From: Ptychomitrium polyphyllum
Taxonomy: Eukaryota
Reading direction: 5' to 3'
Assembly: GCA_973851085.1 (NCBI GenBank)
Contig: OZ316775.1
Location: 18,352,001-18,416,000 of the forward strand
Length of the DNA stretch: 64,000 nucleotides
Every line of letters starts with the position of its first letter. Position 1 is the first letter of the stretch. The notes under the pieces are model-generated. The model was not told where the DNA came from and did not search any database. It was given only the letters and a program-made list of their open reading frames with translations. Of the stretch, positions 13,101 to 24,661 are shown in pieces. A program made the position numbers and the translations under genes.

Positions 13101-14737
13101 GCAAAACAATTGAGGTGGCATGACACCTTAGCACTCATGAATGTGGATTTGATCCACAAGCTAGGGCGTGACAATGTAGTGCCGGATGCTCTAAGTAGGC
13201 GGAAGGAGTTGCAAGCGATGGGCACAACCCAAGTCCTGCAAGTAATGTACAAGGAAGAAGGCAATTTGGAAAGGAAGATAAGAGAGAGGTACATGAAGGA
13301 CTCCGAAGCACAAAGGCTTCTCGGCGAGCTTAAGAAGGATAAGAAACTTAAGGAAATTAAGTTAGAGAAGGGATTGCTCAAGTACAAACAAAGTCGGGTG
13401 TATGTGCCTCAAGAAAAACTACGGTTGTTGGTTTTGAAAGAAGAACACGATAGTCCCATAGTCGGCCATAGAGGGAAAAAACCACCATAGCGGCGGTGTC
13501 AAGAAGGTACTATTGGCCGGGCATGAAAGCGGACATCACCAACTTTGTGAAAACTTGTGTGAAGTGCCAGCTCAATAGAGCCTCTTATCAAAAGCAAGCC
13601 GGCCTACTACAACCTTTGCCAATTCCGTCGGGTCCATGGCATAGCGTGTCCATGGACTTCATCACAAGTCTTCCGGATTCGCACGGGCATGATGCCATCT
13701 TTGTGATGGTGGATCGCTTTAGCAAGTTGGCGCACATGGTGCCAACTAGAGGAACCGTAACTGCACATGAGACCGCAAAGCTATTCCTCAATGCATGGTG
13801 GAAACACCACGGGTTGCCGAGAGTGATTGTGTCGGACCGAGATCCAAAATTCACTAGTGCTTTTTGGAAACATTTCTTTAGGAAAGTTGGAACCAAATTG
13901 ACATTTAGCACTGCCTTCCATCCTCAAACGGATGGGCAAACGGAACGAGTGAACGGAGTCTTGAACCAATACTTGAGGAACTTTGTGAGTGCGGACCAGT
14001 GCGATTGAGTGGAATATGTGAATCTTGCGGAGTTCAGTTACAATGCGGCCAACCATTCGGCGACAAAGCAGTCGCCGTTTAAGGTGGCCTATGGAGTGGA
14101 ACCACTCCAGCCTGCCGACTTAGCTCTTGAAGGAGCACATTCAACACTTGAGTTTAACTAAGATGGTGAGGACTTGGCCAAAAAGCGAGAACAGATGTTG
14201 GAGAAGACCAAGCTTTTGTTGGAAAAGGCACAAAAGCGGTACGAGAAACAAGTCAATGCCGGGAGACGTGAAGTAGAGTATGAAGTAAGCCAAAAGATAT
14301 TGTTGAATGTGAAGAACTTTAGCCTGCCCGAAGGCCTCACTCCAAAGTTCATGTCCAAGTTTGCAGGGCCGTTTTCCATTGTGGAGCGGATGTTTAAAGA
14401 TGTGTAGAAGTTGGAGCTACCATCCAAAATCAAAGTGCACCCAACATTTCATGTCTCACTCCTTAAGCCATTCAAAAAAGATACGTTGTGGCCCAATCGC
14501 AAACAAGTGATTCGGCCACCGCCGGAATTGGTGGGAGACCACTTGGAATACGAAGTAGAAGGAATTCTCAAGTGTAGGCACCACAAGAAAGTAGGAAAAG
14601 AGTATTTGGTGAAGTAGAGAGGGTACCATGAAAAGGAAGCAACTTGGGTAGCTCCCAAGGACTTGGGAAATGCCAATGAAGTGGTGGAGCGCTTTGAAAG
14701 GGATAGGAACTCCAACAAAAGACAACGTCGGCATTGA
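10111..14737 (+). pseudogene. gag-pol polyprotein, intact through RT but disrupted in RNase H, integrase and chromodomain
   Basis: Zn knuckle [14 protein letters not shown], protease [18 protein letters not shown], RNase [10 protein letters not shown], integrase HHCC and SMDF...DRD...E, chromodomain YEVEGIL...EYLVK*RGY. Frameshifts at ~12990 and ~13480; in-frame stops at 13086, 14006, 14159, ~14405 and ~14615. Confidence 0.93.
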
Positions 14738-15527
14738 TGAGGACATCAATCTCTTTTAGTAGGGGGAGAGAGGCTTATAGCAGTAACTTCTTCACATCAT
14801 GTATTGGTTCTTTGACTTATGGCAATAAAATTCAAGTTTTGTGTGTGCAAAGAGAAGAGTATAAGATGACGTCCTAGTCTTGTGCTTGTGCTAAGTTGGT
14901 AGAAGAAGGGGAATAGACATGTGAAACCAAGTTGAGAAGGCCGAGTAATGGGGACCAAGGCTGGGAGGAGGAATGGTTAAAACCACGAAACCTCCTTGCC
15001 TCGGGCTTGTTTGGGCAAGGACAAGGTAATGGCGCGTGCTCATAAAAGCGCCACTCCTACAAACTAACAAAAGTTAGTGCATGGGAGTCATGAACCCATG
15101 TCTCAATAGAGATAGTGGGATCTCGGTTGAGCGGAACTTGGCATTATCCCCGTGCGATCGAATCGTGGAATAAAAGCCACCTTGGGTTTGCAACCAAGAC
15201 AACTTGGTGGAGCATTGAAGTCCAGCCTGGTCAAAAAGGAAGAGTTAGGACAGTGTAGCCTAACTAGGGAGTGTATCCCAAGAGGGTCTCAAAGTAGGTA
15301 GGTCTAGAATAGTTTAGGGTCCCAAAGATTTTTGTCTAGGGTGCCTAAACAGACCACCTCCTAAACGACACCTTTGAGACATTGCCAAAGACTTATGAGT
15401 GCATTGTGGAGGTCGCACCCTGGATAAATTACAATGCTGCACCACTAGAGGATGGCAACCTTGGAATTGGTGTGCCAAATACAAGTATAGTTGATGAGGG
15501 CATCGACACTTTTTGGATGGAGGTGGG

Positions 15528-16672
15528 TGTCGCGCACCTCTCCTTGAGGAGTGCCCGCAACACTAAGGGCACAAGGGGGACCCCGAAGTAACGTCTTGGA
15601 CTTGTGGCGCCGATAGTGAGGAGAACCGAGTGGGCCTAACATGGGAAGGACCCCTAAGGGGAGAAACATCCTTGCCCATGTAAATCAAGGGCCATGAGGG
15701 ATAAATCATGGGCATTGAAGGAATCACAAAGAGCTAATTCTAGAATGCTAAGGATTGCCCAAATCGGACAAGGGAGCTAAAAGTTATGGCACCCCAAAGT
15801 TGGAGTTGCCAAGGGGCTGTTCTGGAGTGTGGCAGCCCTACACAGTGACTGTGCTGGAGTGGGATAGTCCACGGAGGGACTCCTCGGGAGTCCCGAACCT
15901 TGGAAGAGGCGTATCTTCCGTAATACTAACTCAAATCGGACGTTTGAGGAGTCTATCGGCATCTACGCAAAGAGTAGATGACGATAGAGTGGTCGCTTGA
16001 TACATTCGGGCACCAAATGAGGAAGATATGACGCCCTGAAGGTCCGCTGGGAGTCCCGGAGGCTTCCAGCGGCTAAGTCCCAAGGGGGATCGGGTGGTCT
16101 TCCAAAACTCTAGGTGTGTTGGGGTTCAGCTAGCTCCAAAGGGCCAGGGGGCTTGCCGAATCCCACAGAGAGTACTATAAGAGAGGGCTGGTCCCCCTCC
16201 CCACTCCCCTAGTGTCCCGGTAGAGACCAAGGGTGAGGCCCGGTTGGTGGAGCTAGTGTTTGGGCTTCACCATGGGGACTCCCACACCATTGTGAGCCGG
16301 TGGATGACCGGTTTCATGAAGGAAACTAGCACGTTCAAAAGGGTACGCTTGTTACCACTAAATTGAGGTGGTGTCTTCACGCCGGCACCATGATGGCCCG
16401 GGGTGATCTTAGGATCACTTGGGCATCATGAGTGGTGGTGAGGAGACACCACTAAGTGCGGTTAGGCCGTGTGGAATGGGAGTAACACCAAGTGAGGCCT
16501 TGGACATGAATGGAAGTCCGCACCTAATCATTGGCTACTAATAAATTGGGTGTCCTAAGAGAAATGGTAGAAAGACTTGGAAAGTGAGAATGGATGTTAA
16601 TCATGTGCATGTGAGGGTGTACAGGGTTGACGTGCGTGACGCTTGCTCAGGTGCATTGCAAGGGTTGCGACA
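15528..16672 (+). repeat. 3' LTR (1145 bp)
   Basis: Preceded by the PPT and followed by TSD CATGT. Matches the 5' LTR; the ORF track gives identical peptides in both. Confidence 0.97.
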
Positions 16673-16754
16673 CATGTACTATTTGAAACACCAACTGAGT
16701 GAATGTAGTTGAAACAAGGATCCAAGGTCTACAACAAGGGCATCACTTGGTTGC

Positions 16755-18164
16755 TGTTACAAACATAGATCATGCAACATAGTCCTTAGAATATTCTAAA
16801 ACCTTCTGGTATATTATAATAGCTTCTTAAAATACTTTCAAATATCTCCATAGCCTTTCCATGTTCTTAAGAAACTTCCTAGGAAAGTTCTTTTACCTTA
16901 AAAAACTTCCTAGGATAGCTCCATCATCTCAAGAGACTTCCTAAGAAACTTCATAGGAAGGTTCCATTACTTTAAGAAACTTCCTAAGAAGGTTCCACAA
17001 CCTTAAAAAAAACTTCCAAGGAAGGCTCTAATATTTTAAGAAACTTCCAAGGAAGATTCCAACGTCTTAGGAAGGTTCCCTAGATTTCTAGAACATTCTT
17101 AAGCCTTGTAGGCAGCTTCTTTAGAAGTATCCTAGGAGATACAAGCGTCATAGTATAAATAGGAGGCAATACAAGGTATTCCTTAGTCTTGCCAACATAA
17201 GTTGTGGATCATCTTGAATCTTGTCTTATTCTAGTCTTTGTATCAGGTTCTTATTAATCATTAGCTCTTTGGAAGTTAATTCTTTTGAAAGACTTCGTTT
17301 CTGCTTCTTATTTCTTGTGTCCCTAACAATTTGGCAAGATTACTCTTCACCTTTGTCAAAACTAAGGTTCTTTAAAGAAGATTGTAGATTACCCATCTTT
17401 TTTAGGTTCCCATAACGTCTTAGAAATTGCGGATTACCCTCTTTTAAACTAACTAGGTTGAAAGTTGATCGAGCCTTCTAAAATCAATCAATACCTTTTT
17501 TTAAAAATGATTAATTTTTCAAAAGATATGGACCACCCTTCTTTGAAGGTATTCATAGTCTTCTTGTTTTTGACAGCCTTAGGAAATGAATAACGTGCTT
17601 GGAACATCAGAAAATAGGTTTGCAACTATTGCAATCCTTCAAGAGTTATTAAACACAGTTCAAACAGAACTCTCTCGCTTCAACACCACCAATAATTTAA
17701 AGCAACACACTTGGCAAGCCGAATAATTCAATGGTAATATTCAAAGTCTATATCAAGAAGTTGTTCGATTGCGAGAAGTCAATATTGGAAGAGAAGGCTT
17801 AGGTCAAAATCATATAGAGCCATTAAAATTAGCATGCTAAATATGTTTGATGGATCAAGATCAAAATTGAGAGGCTTTATTCAACAAGTGAGGTTCTTCC
17901 TTAATTTGCATCAATCTCGCTATCATGATGGCACAACTTAAGTGGAATTTGTAGCCATTCTTCTATCAAACAATGCATTATCATGATTTGCACCATTAAT
18001 GGAGAAGCAATCACCATTATTGAACAATTTAGATGCTTTTATAGAAGCATTGACATCTATTTTTGGAGACATCCACAGAAAGAAGGTGGCTAAGACAAGA
18101 ATCCAAAGTTTACAACAAGGACAACGCTCAGCTGCTACATATGTTGCAGAGTTTTGACAATTAG
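16755..18164 (+). mobile_element. Tcn1-like copy C: 5' LTR 16755-17328 plus truncated degenerate gag
   Basis: TGTTACAAACATAGATC...CCCTAACA, then TTTGGCAAGATT. Gag is colinear with 41550-42350. Confidence 0.88.
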
Positions 18165-18785
18165 TGATAGGGACACAAGAAACAAGAAGCATAAATGAAG
18201 TGTTTTCCAAGAATTAGCTTCCAAAGAGCTAATGATTAACGAGAACTTGATATAAAGACTAGAACAAGGCAGGATTCAAGATGATCCACAACTTGTGTTG
18301 GCAAGACTAAGGAATACCTTCTCTTGCTTCTTATTTATACTATGACATTTGTATCTTCTAGGATATTTCTAAAGAAGCTTCCTACAAGGCTTAAGAATGA
18401 TCTGGAAGTCTAAAGAACCTTCTCAAGAAGTTTTTTAAGATGTTGGAACCTTCCTAAGAGTCTTTTAAGGAGTTGGAACCTTCCTTGGAAGTTTTCTAAG
18501 GTAGTGGAATCTTCTTAGGAAGTTTCCTAAAGAGGTAGAACCTTCCTAGGAAACTTCCTAAAATGATGGAATCTTCCTAGGAAGTTTTCTAAAGTGATGG
18601 AATCTTTGTAGGAAGTTCCTAAGATGATAGAACCTTCCTAAGAAGTTTCCTAAGGTGGAGGAAGCTTCCTAAGAACATAGAAAAGACGATGGAAACATCT
18701 AAAAGTATTCTAAGAAGCTATTATAGTATATTAGAAGGTTCTAGAATGTTCTAAGGACTATGTTGTATGATCTATGTCCGTGATA
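18165..18785 (-). mobile_element. Tcn1-like solo LTR, inverted
   Basis: Reverse complement of 16755-17328-type LTR (TATCACGGACATAG...CCCTATCA). No PBS or PPT flanks. Flanking 5-mers do not match. Confidence 0.85.
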
Positions 18786-19385
18786 GTCAAAGGCTACTAA
18801 GCATTAGATTATTGGTAATTGTCTTTGAAGTGGAGCCAGCTTACAAGGGTTATCCAAAAATAATATTTGAAGGATGCTTTTACAACAAAGATATGGAAAT
18901 TCATATTTGATTCCATCTAAAAGGCGTTTGGATACAATTGATGGTTAAAAAGACTTACAAACCATTTGCATCATAAAAGGCAATTGGAATATGTTGCAAA
19001 CACCATGTAACAAATTTTTGATTTCTTATGATTTTAAGCACTTATTGCAACATGCTCTTTGGAAACTTTAGAGCTTGAAGGGGTGGTGATGTCATAGACA
19101 TATATAATAAAAGCATCTAAAAAGGTTCTTAGAAGGTGTAAAATGGCTAAAGAAGCTTCCAAAGAAATTTCATTAGCTTAGAAAGCTTCCAAAGAAGCAA
19201 CTCGAGGTTGCTTGAGTACAAAACAATGTAGTAGAAACTTCTCAAGAAACTTGTAAGGTTAGTAGTTTTAGTATATAAGAGTTGAGGCTAAAGAGATCTT
19301 AAGTCTCATTAACACATCTCTTGTGGTCTAAAACAAACCTTTTGGTCTTGTTTTTGTATCTTGTTATACCTCTTTACTTCTAATA
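18786..19385 (+). mobile_element. 3' end of a second Gypsy family: chromodomain remnant, PPT, LTR ~19090-19385
   Basis: HKRQLEY-like remnant at ~18970. GAAGGGGTGGTGA is followed by TGTCATAGAC. Homologous to the inverted copies at 48110-48467 and 59880-60016. Confidence 0.6.
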
Positions 19386-20450
19386 TACCTTGGACATATC
19401 TTGTTTCATATGCTAGAATTCTAAAGTCTTAATTTGTTATTATTCTGATTGTAATATAATTAACTTCATTTCTAAATCCGACCTAAGGATATTGAAATCA
19501 TAAAAACATTTCATGCAAATCCTAGAACTTCATTTATTAACAATTCTACATCCCCTGTTATCCTTACTTAAGATTCATTTACAAGAAACCCTTGAAATCC
19601 AAACCTCCAAATTCTACAAAAAAAAAATTTCAAATGAATTCTACCAAGCAACCTCTGTAGAAGTTCCAAAAGCAGAAAGATGAAAATCGGCACTAAGAAA
19701 TTCTACAAATGTACCACAAAACAATGCCACGAATCATCCAAAGCACAACTAAATTCTAAAGAAATTCTATGCAATTGCTATATACAATTGTTAATCAAAC
19801 CTCACACTTCACAAAAATGTTATGAAAACTCCACATGACCAATGATAACAATGATGTAAGTAAATGACGATCTGTGCCAAAATAAATTCCAAAAAGAGCT
19901 TCGCAAATGAATTCTAAAGGTATACAGGAAGTGCATAAATTTAAAATTAATCGGTCATGCAAGAGCTACAGAGTCCAGAATAGTATTTGGAAATTGGAGT
20001 AGAATAATTACTAAACAAATGAAGAGAATGCAATTGCATGCGAGGCAAAGCAACTATTCCAAATATATTTCTTCACAAAAGTGCACATATAGACAAAGAC
20101 AGTAATAAAAATGTGATGGCACAATAGAGCGCAAAAAGATATTGAAAACTTTAGCAACGAATAACTGCCAAACAACAAGAACAATAAGCTGCAACAGTTA
20201 AAATCTAAGAAGTAAAAAAGTAAAAATAAAAGTAAAAGTAAATCTTATTGAAACATAAAGTTTTATTAGACAAAATTACAAGGTTCTTTTTTTGTACTAC
20301 ATATAGAAACCTAAAATCAGAATAAAATTTTCCGACTTATAGCCATTTTATTGTACTATAAATATCGTAGTAAATTCTAACAACTTAACAAAAACTTAAA
20401 AACAAAAGCTTCCAAATGCTTGTGACAGAATCAAGATATAGAAACAAAAT

Positions 20451-20620
20451 TTCACCTGAATCTTATCCAAATATTATCCTAATATAATCCAAATACCATC
20501 CAAATATCACCTACTGGTATCACCTAAGTATCATTCACACATCATCTAAGTACCACCCAAATATCACCCTAGTACCATCCAAGTATCATCCACGATTACC
20601 CAAGAACCACCCAGGTATCA
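20451..20620. repeat. Degenerate ~10/20-bp periodic tandem repeat (AAGTATCATCC / AAATATCACC units)
   Basis: Visible periodic repetition. Confidence 0.7.
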
Positions 20621-21123
20621 CATGAGCAACAGAAAAAGTGGCTATAAAGCGAACTTGAAAAGAAAAACCACAGAAAAAAGAGTCACAAGCAGGACTGGCG
20701 ATCGCATAACGGCGCAGAGGACAACAGCTTCATTCAATAACTCTTTTCTAATTTTTTGATTTTTAATATGCCAGGTCTTTCACTCTTTGGGGTGACTCAC
20801 ACAACCAACTGTTTTCACGTCACAAGTGAAGAATCAGTGGAGATCCACAAGCAAGGAGATTCCGTGCTCAGTCTCACAGGTAAGACGTCTGTCATGTCTA
20901 GGACTTTGATTGCAGATTTTCTGAGGTTTGTGGTCGTTGCTGCCTCTAGAAGGTGCCAAGGTGGGATGGTCCGGCCTAGAACAGAATTCAGAGCTCTAGA
21001 AACGCAGGACTCGGTTTCTCCTAGGGCAAAGGATTGGGAGAGTTTGGAGATCTCATGTAGTGAGACTAGTAAGTGAGAGAATTGGGTGCAGGTGTGCATT
21101 AGCGCTGTGTGGCGGTTGCGCTC

Positions 21124-23312
21124 ATGGCTAGAGCAGCGGAGAGCGCTGCAGTGCAAGCATTTCGTAATGTTATGCAGCGCGTGCAGCAAGCCAGTGAGCG
21201 TGCGAACCGTCCAATCTCGCAGGTCCAAGTCGTCTCCTTTCCGCTTCGTGATCTGTGACAAGTGTGCACTGGTACTATGTTCCGAGTACGGTGCGCTTGA
21301 TTCACCATAGATCGTTGAGATTTGTGATATAAATGATGGTGGGAATGTCTTATCTTCAACCTAGATGCGACTTCTGTAAACATCCCCATGGTCGGGGTTT
21401 CGGCTGCAGGTGCGAGTGGTTACAGTGAGTAAGACGAAACCGGTGGCCATGATTCAGGAGGTTTACTATGCCGGACACATAATTTTCCCCAAAATTATGT
21501 GCAGGAGCTGATTGACAAAGCGCCTCAGGTAATCTTTTTGATGTTTTACTCTACTTTTGTTGAAGCTTCAATCTTCTTTTGTGATTTTGTAATGTCTGTG
21601 CATTCCCCTCTGACGTGACATAATTAGTTTTTCGGCAGGATGTATATGTATTTCTTGCTTTCAAAATTGTACTCTGCAACTCGACGTTCCTATCCGTCTT
21701 TGGAAGGTGTCCTGGGTAGTGTTGGGGATATGGTCCTGCTGTTTAGGTTTCTAAGGATTGTCACTTGCAGATTCTGTAACAAAGAATCGTCCTCTGCTGT
21801 GGGTTTAGAGGTTGGTATTGGCTGCGATTTTAAGCCTTCCATTGTTGTGGTTAGCGAATTTTAGGCTCTTGTTGCTTCATTTTCAAGTGCTCGATACAGG
21901 TCGTGTCTGGGGACTCATTGTTGTTTGTTTGTCTGTTTGGTTGAGACTGAGTAGTTGCCGGAGGGAATAAAATGGTACTTCATTGGTCATCTCCAAAGCG
22001 ACAAAGCTAAGGCTCTTGTCAGTAAGTATCTCTTTCTCCATTCTGCAAGGAATTGCATAGCTGTTGGATGGAAATTCTCTACGACAGGTCTATAGTGCTT
22101 TCGTTAACACCTAAGTCCAAGAATGAGAATGTGCATGGCACCAGTTATGATAACGTCTAAAATTATGTTTTGAGTGGACCAGTGTGCCAGTTAAGCGGTA
22201 TGATTTTCATTGAGAGTTTCCCAGAGGACAATGTCTTTGACTCAGGCCGGTTACCATTTGCTGATGTCTGATGTTTCTGTTCGTGAACTCCAATTGGCGT
22301 TCCCAACCTCTACATAGTGAAAGGTGTCGACAATCAGAAGGTGCTTCATATGTTTCTGCCTTGATCTTTACCGGTTCTTGTTGTTCTGGTCACAGGTGAT
22401 AATGCGATGTCTGAGATTTTGAAGGAATTTTACTGGAATTTTTACCTTTCGAATCCATGTTTTCCATTTTACCTATAACCTAACGAGAAATGAATTAGGG
22501 AATTTGTTAGTGTCAAGATTCAGGCGACGAATAAGGTCATGGTAATGCACTACGAACATTTGGTGCCTTAGGTTTTTGTGTCAAGAACATTGACTTTTAT
22601 TTTTGAGGATAAGTAACCAATCCGAACTATGTTTTGTAGGTCGCAAATCACTTGGATCGAGCAGTGAGTGGGTTAGAAAGACAACCATAGAAAGTTCTTG
22701 TGCAGGTAAATAACAGTGGGGAGGAATGTAAGCATCAGCAATGTCACGTCCTTCTTTTTGATTGTGAAGTGTCATCATTTTGTTTGGGAATTAGTGAGAA
22801 GACGAGGGTCTTGAGAGGAGGTTTTATCCGAAGGTTTAGTTCTGCTTTTGTTTAGAGCATCTATTTACAATTTCGGAAATGTCCGTTCAACAAGACTAGC
22901 TAGGGCTGTGCTTTTTCATTTTGAGTCAGCTTGTTTGTGATGGCAACTATATCAGGAGTAGAGCCCTCTGAGTGTTTGGAGCTGGCAAAACACGTCAAGC
23001 GAGAGTGCCCGAATTTACAATTCTCAGGATTGATGACTATTGGCATGCTTGATTACAGATCCACTCCTGAAAATTTCAAGGTACTAGATTACGTGTATGT
23101 AGGAATGCTTCATGATCACGTTGGTTTGTTGTTTTCCATGACTTCACATTCAAGTATTTACGAATCTGAGGTCGCTTGTATAGATCTGTCAACAAATTGC
23201 ATCTATTAACTTCGCAGTGCTGTTGATGTTGTTTCAGATTGAAATGGATAGTACGAACGTAAGAGTTGGATCAAGCATCTTCGGGGCTCGAGAGTATACG
23301 GCAAAATATTAG
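21124..23312 (+). pseudogene. PLPBP: PLP homeostasis protein (PLPBP/PROSC/YggS) pseudogene, intron-containing
   Basis: Exon fragments MARAAESAAVQAFRNVMQRV, VRVVTVSKTKP, NYVQELIDKAPQ, KWYFIGHLQSDKAK, GVPNLYIV, VLVQVNNSGEE, FSGLMTIG, STNVRVGSSIFGAREY. Frameshift at ~21480, TAG at 22688, two acceptors reading AA (~22293, ~22946). The ELSMGMS exon is absent. Confidence 0.9.
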
Positions 23313-24034
23313 CCTTATCTCGATCAACAGTGTTCCAACTTTATGTATCTTAGTAGAGCGTAGAAGCTTTAGAATATCAGCAACATCGATGTATCAATTT
23401 GTGGTTTAATTTCTTTCTTAGGTAACAAATCTCCTTGTTTCTTTTTAACCTTTTTCTCCACAGGGCGTTTGATTGATATTTTTCACAGGCGACAGGATTC
23501 ATGATGATTGCTCCAATGGTGGGATTCTTTAATACACGCTAGTGATCCACCACCATGAAAATACTGCACGGAATCCTCAGTAGAACTCAAACAGGTACTG
23601 TAGCAGGCTCCCGGACGAACAAGGAGCTCACAAGTGTGACCACAAGGATGATATTTAGATTTTGTAGTGTATGAAAGGCAAGTGGGTGCCAGATGCAGTG
23701 GCTATACTGGTGCCAGAATTCTGTACATTGTAGGAATGAGCGCATTGTGATGCGTACTTCACCTATACTTACAACATGACCATCATAACGTACCAGGTGT
23801 ATTGCGAAGCGTTATCCCCAATTCACACAAACATGATTAAAAGCACTGAGAATAGGAATTCTTCTTGGTGGAGAAGTGACAAGGTGCGTACAAAAATTTG
23901 ACCTATATAGTGTGGCCATTAGCAAGGACCAAGTGGTGTTGTTGTAATTTTCATGATTTGGCTTCACTGACGGACTAAGAAAAAAGGATGGTTCAGTTTC
24001 TGCTTTTCATTAGTGTCTATTACAGCTAGGTTCA

Positions 24035-24661
24035 ATGTCTCTAGAAGCTGTGGTGTTTCCAAGAGCTGGAGACTCAGTTCCAATAAAAATGACAAAGTAT
24101 GAGGGAAAGACTCGGCGCAAGAAGAGGATATGTGTGATGGTTATGGGAGTCATAGTTATAATTACAATATTGCTTGTGATTCTTGGTCTTACAGTGTTTA
24201 AGACAACGGACCCAAAGGTGCAAATCAACACAATTTCTCTGGAGACTTTTCGCATCGAGGCAAACTTTCTTAACATGTCTTTGCTGATGGACGTCGCGGT
24301 GCACAACCCCAACAGAGAGGGCTTCCAGCGCTCGGAGTGCCTGACGAGGCTATTCTATTATGGGGACCCGGTGGGGCAGGCCAATATACCTGCAGGGAAC
24401 ATCAAGCCCAAGGCCAACGAATGCTTCTCCGTGCTGTTGAAAGTTGAGGCTGGCCACCGGGTGCTGGTGAGTGAGAACCTTCCACGGAACATTGTGAGTG
24501 GGAGGCTCCCCTTGGTGGCCACCACTACGGTTGCAGGAGCTGTGAAAGTTTTGGGTGTGTTCAAGCATCATGCTGTTACCACTTCGCATTGTGATGTCTC
24601 CATCTTTGTTGCCAATGCTACCATTCAGAGCTTCTTTTGTAGGCATGGGATGAGAATTTGA
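24035..24661 (+). CDS. LEA_2 / NDR1-HIN1-like membrane-anchored protein, single exon
   Basis: 208-aa ORF with a basic stretch, then a TM helix (ICVMVMGVIVIITILLVILGLTVFK), VAVHNPN, and C-terminal cysteines (HCDV...FFC) typical of LEA_2. Confidence 0.88.
   Translation: MSLEAVVFPRAGDSVPIKMTKYEGKTRRKKRICVMVMGVIVIITILLVILGLTVFKTTDPKVQINTISLETFRIEANFLNMSLLMDVAVHNPNREGFQRSECLTRLFYYGDPVGQANIPAGNIKPKANECFSVLLKVEAGHRVLVSENLPRNIVSGRLPLVATTTVAGAVKVLGVFKHHAVTTSHCDVSIFVANATIQSFFCRHGMRI

Larger units (their letters stand above)
8914..16672 (+). mobile_element. Full-length Ty3/Gypsy chromovirus LTR retrotransposon (tRNA-iMet primed, Galadriel-like by inference), 7759 bp
   Basis: LTRs 8914-10058 and 15528-16672 (TGTCGC...GCGACA). 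TSD CATGT at 8909-8913 and 16673-16677. PBS TGGTATCAGAGC at 10061-10072. PPT GGATGGAGGTGGG at 15515-15527. Domain order gag-PR-RT-RH-IN-chromodomain. Confidence 0.97.

Noticed and set aside
16860..17100. CRISPR-like repeat array
   Set aside because: Degenerate U3 tandem repeats within LTRs; no unique spacers, no cas genes, eukaryotic context.
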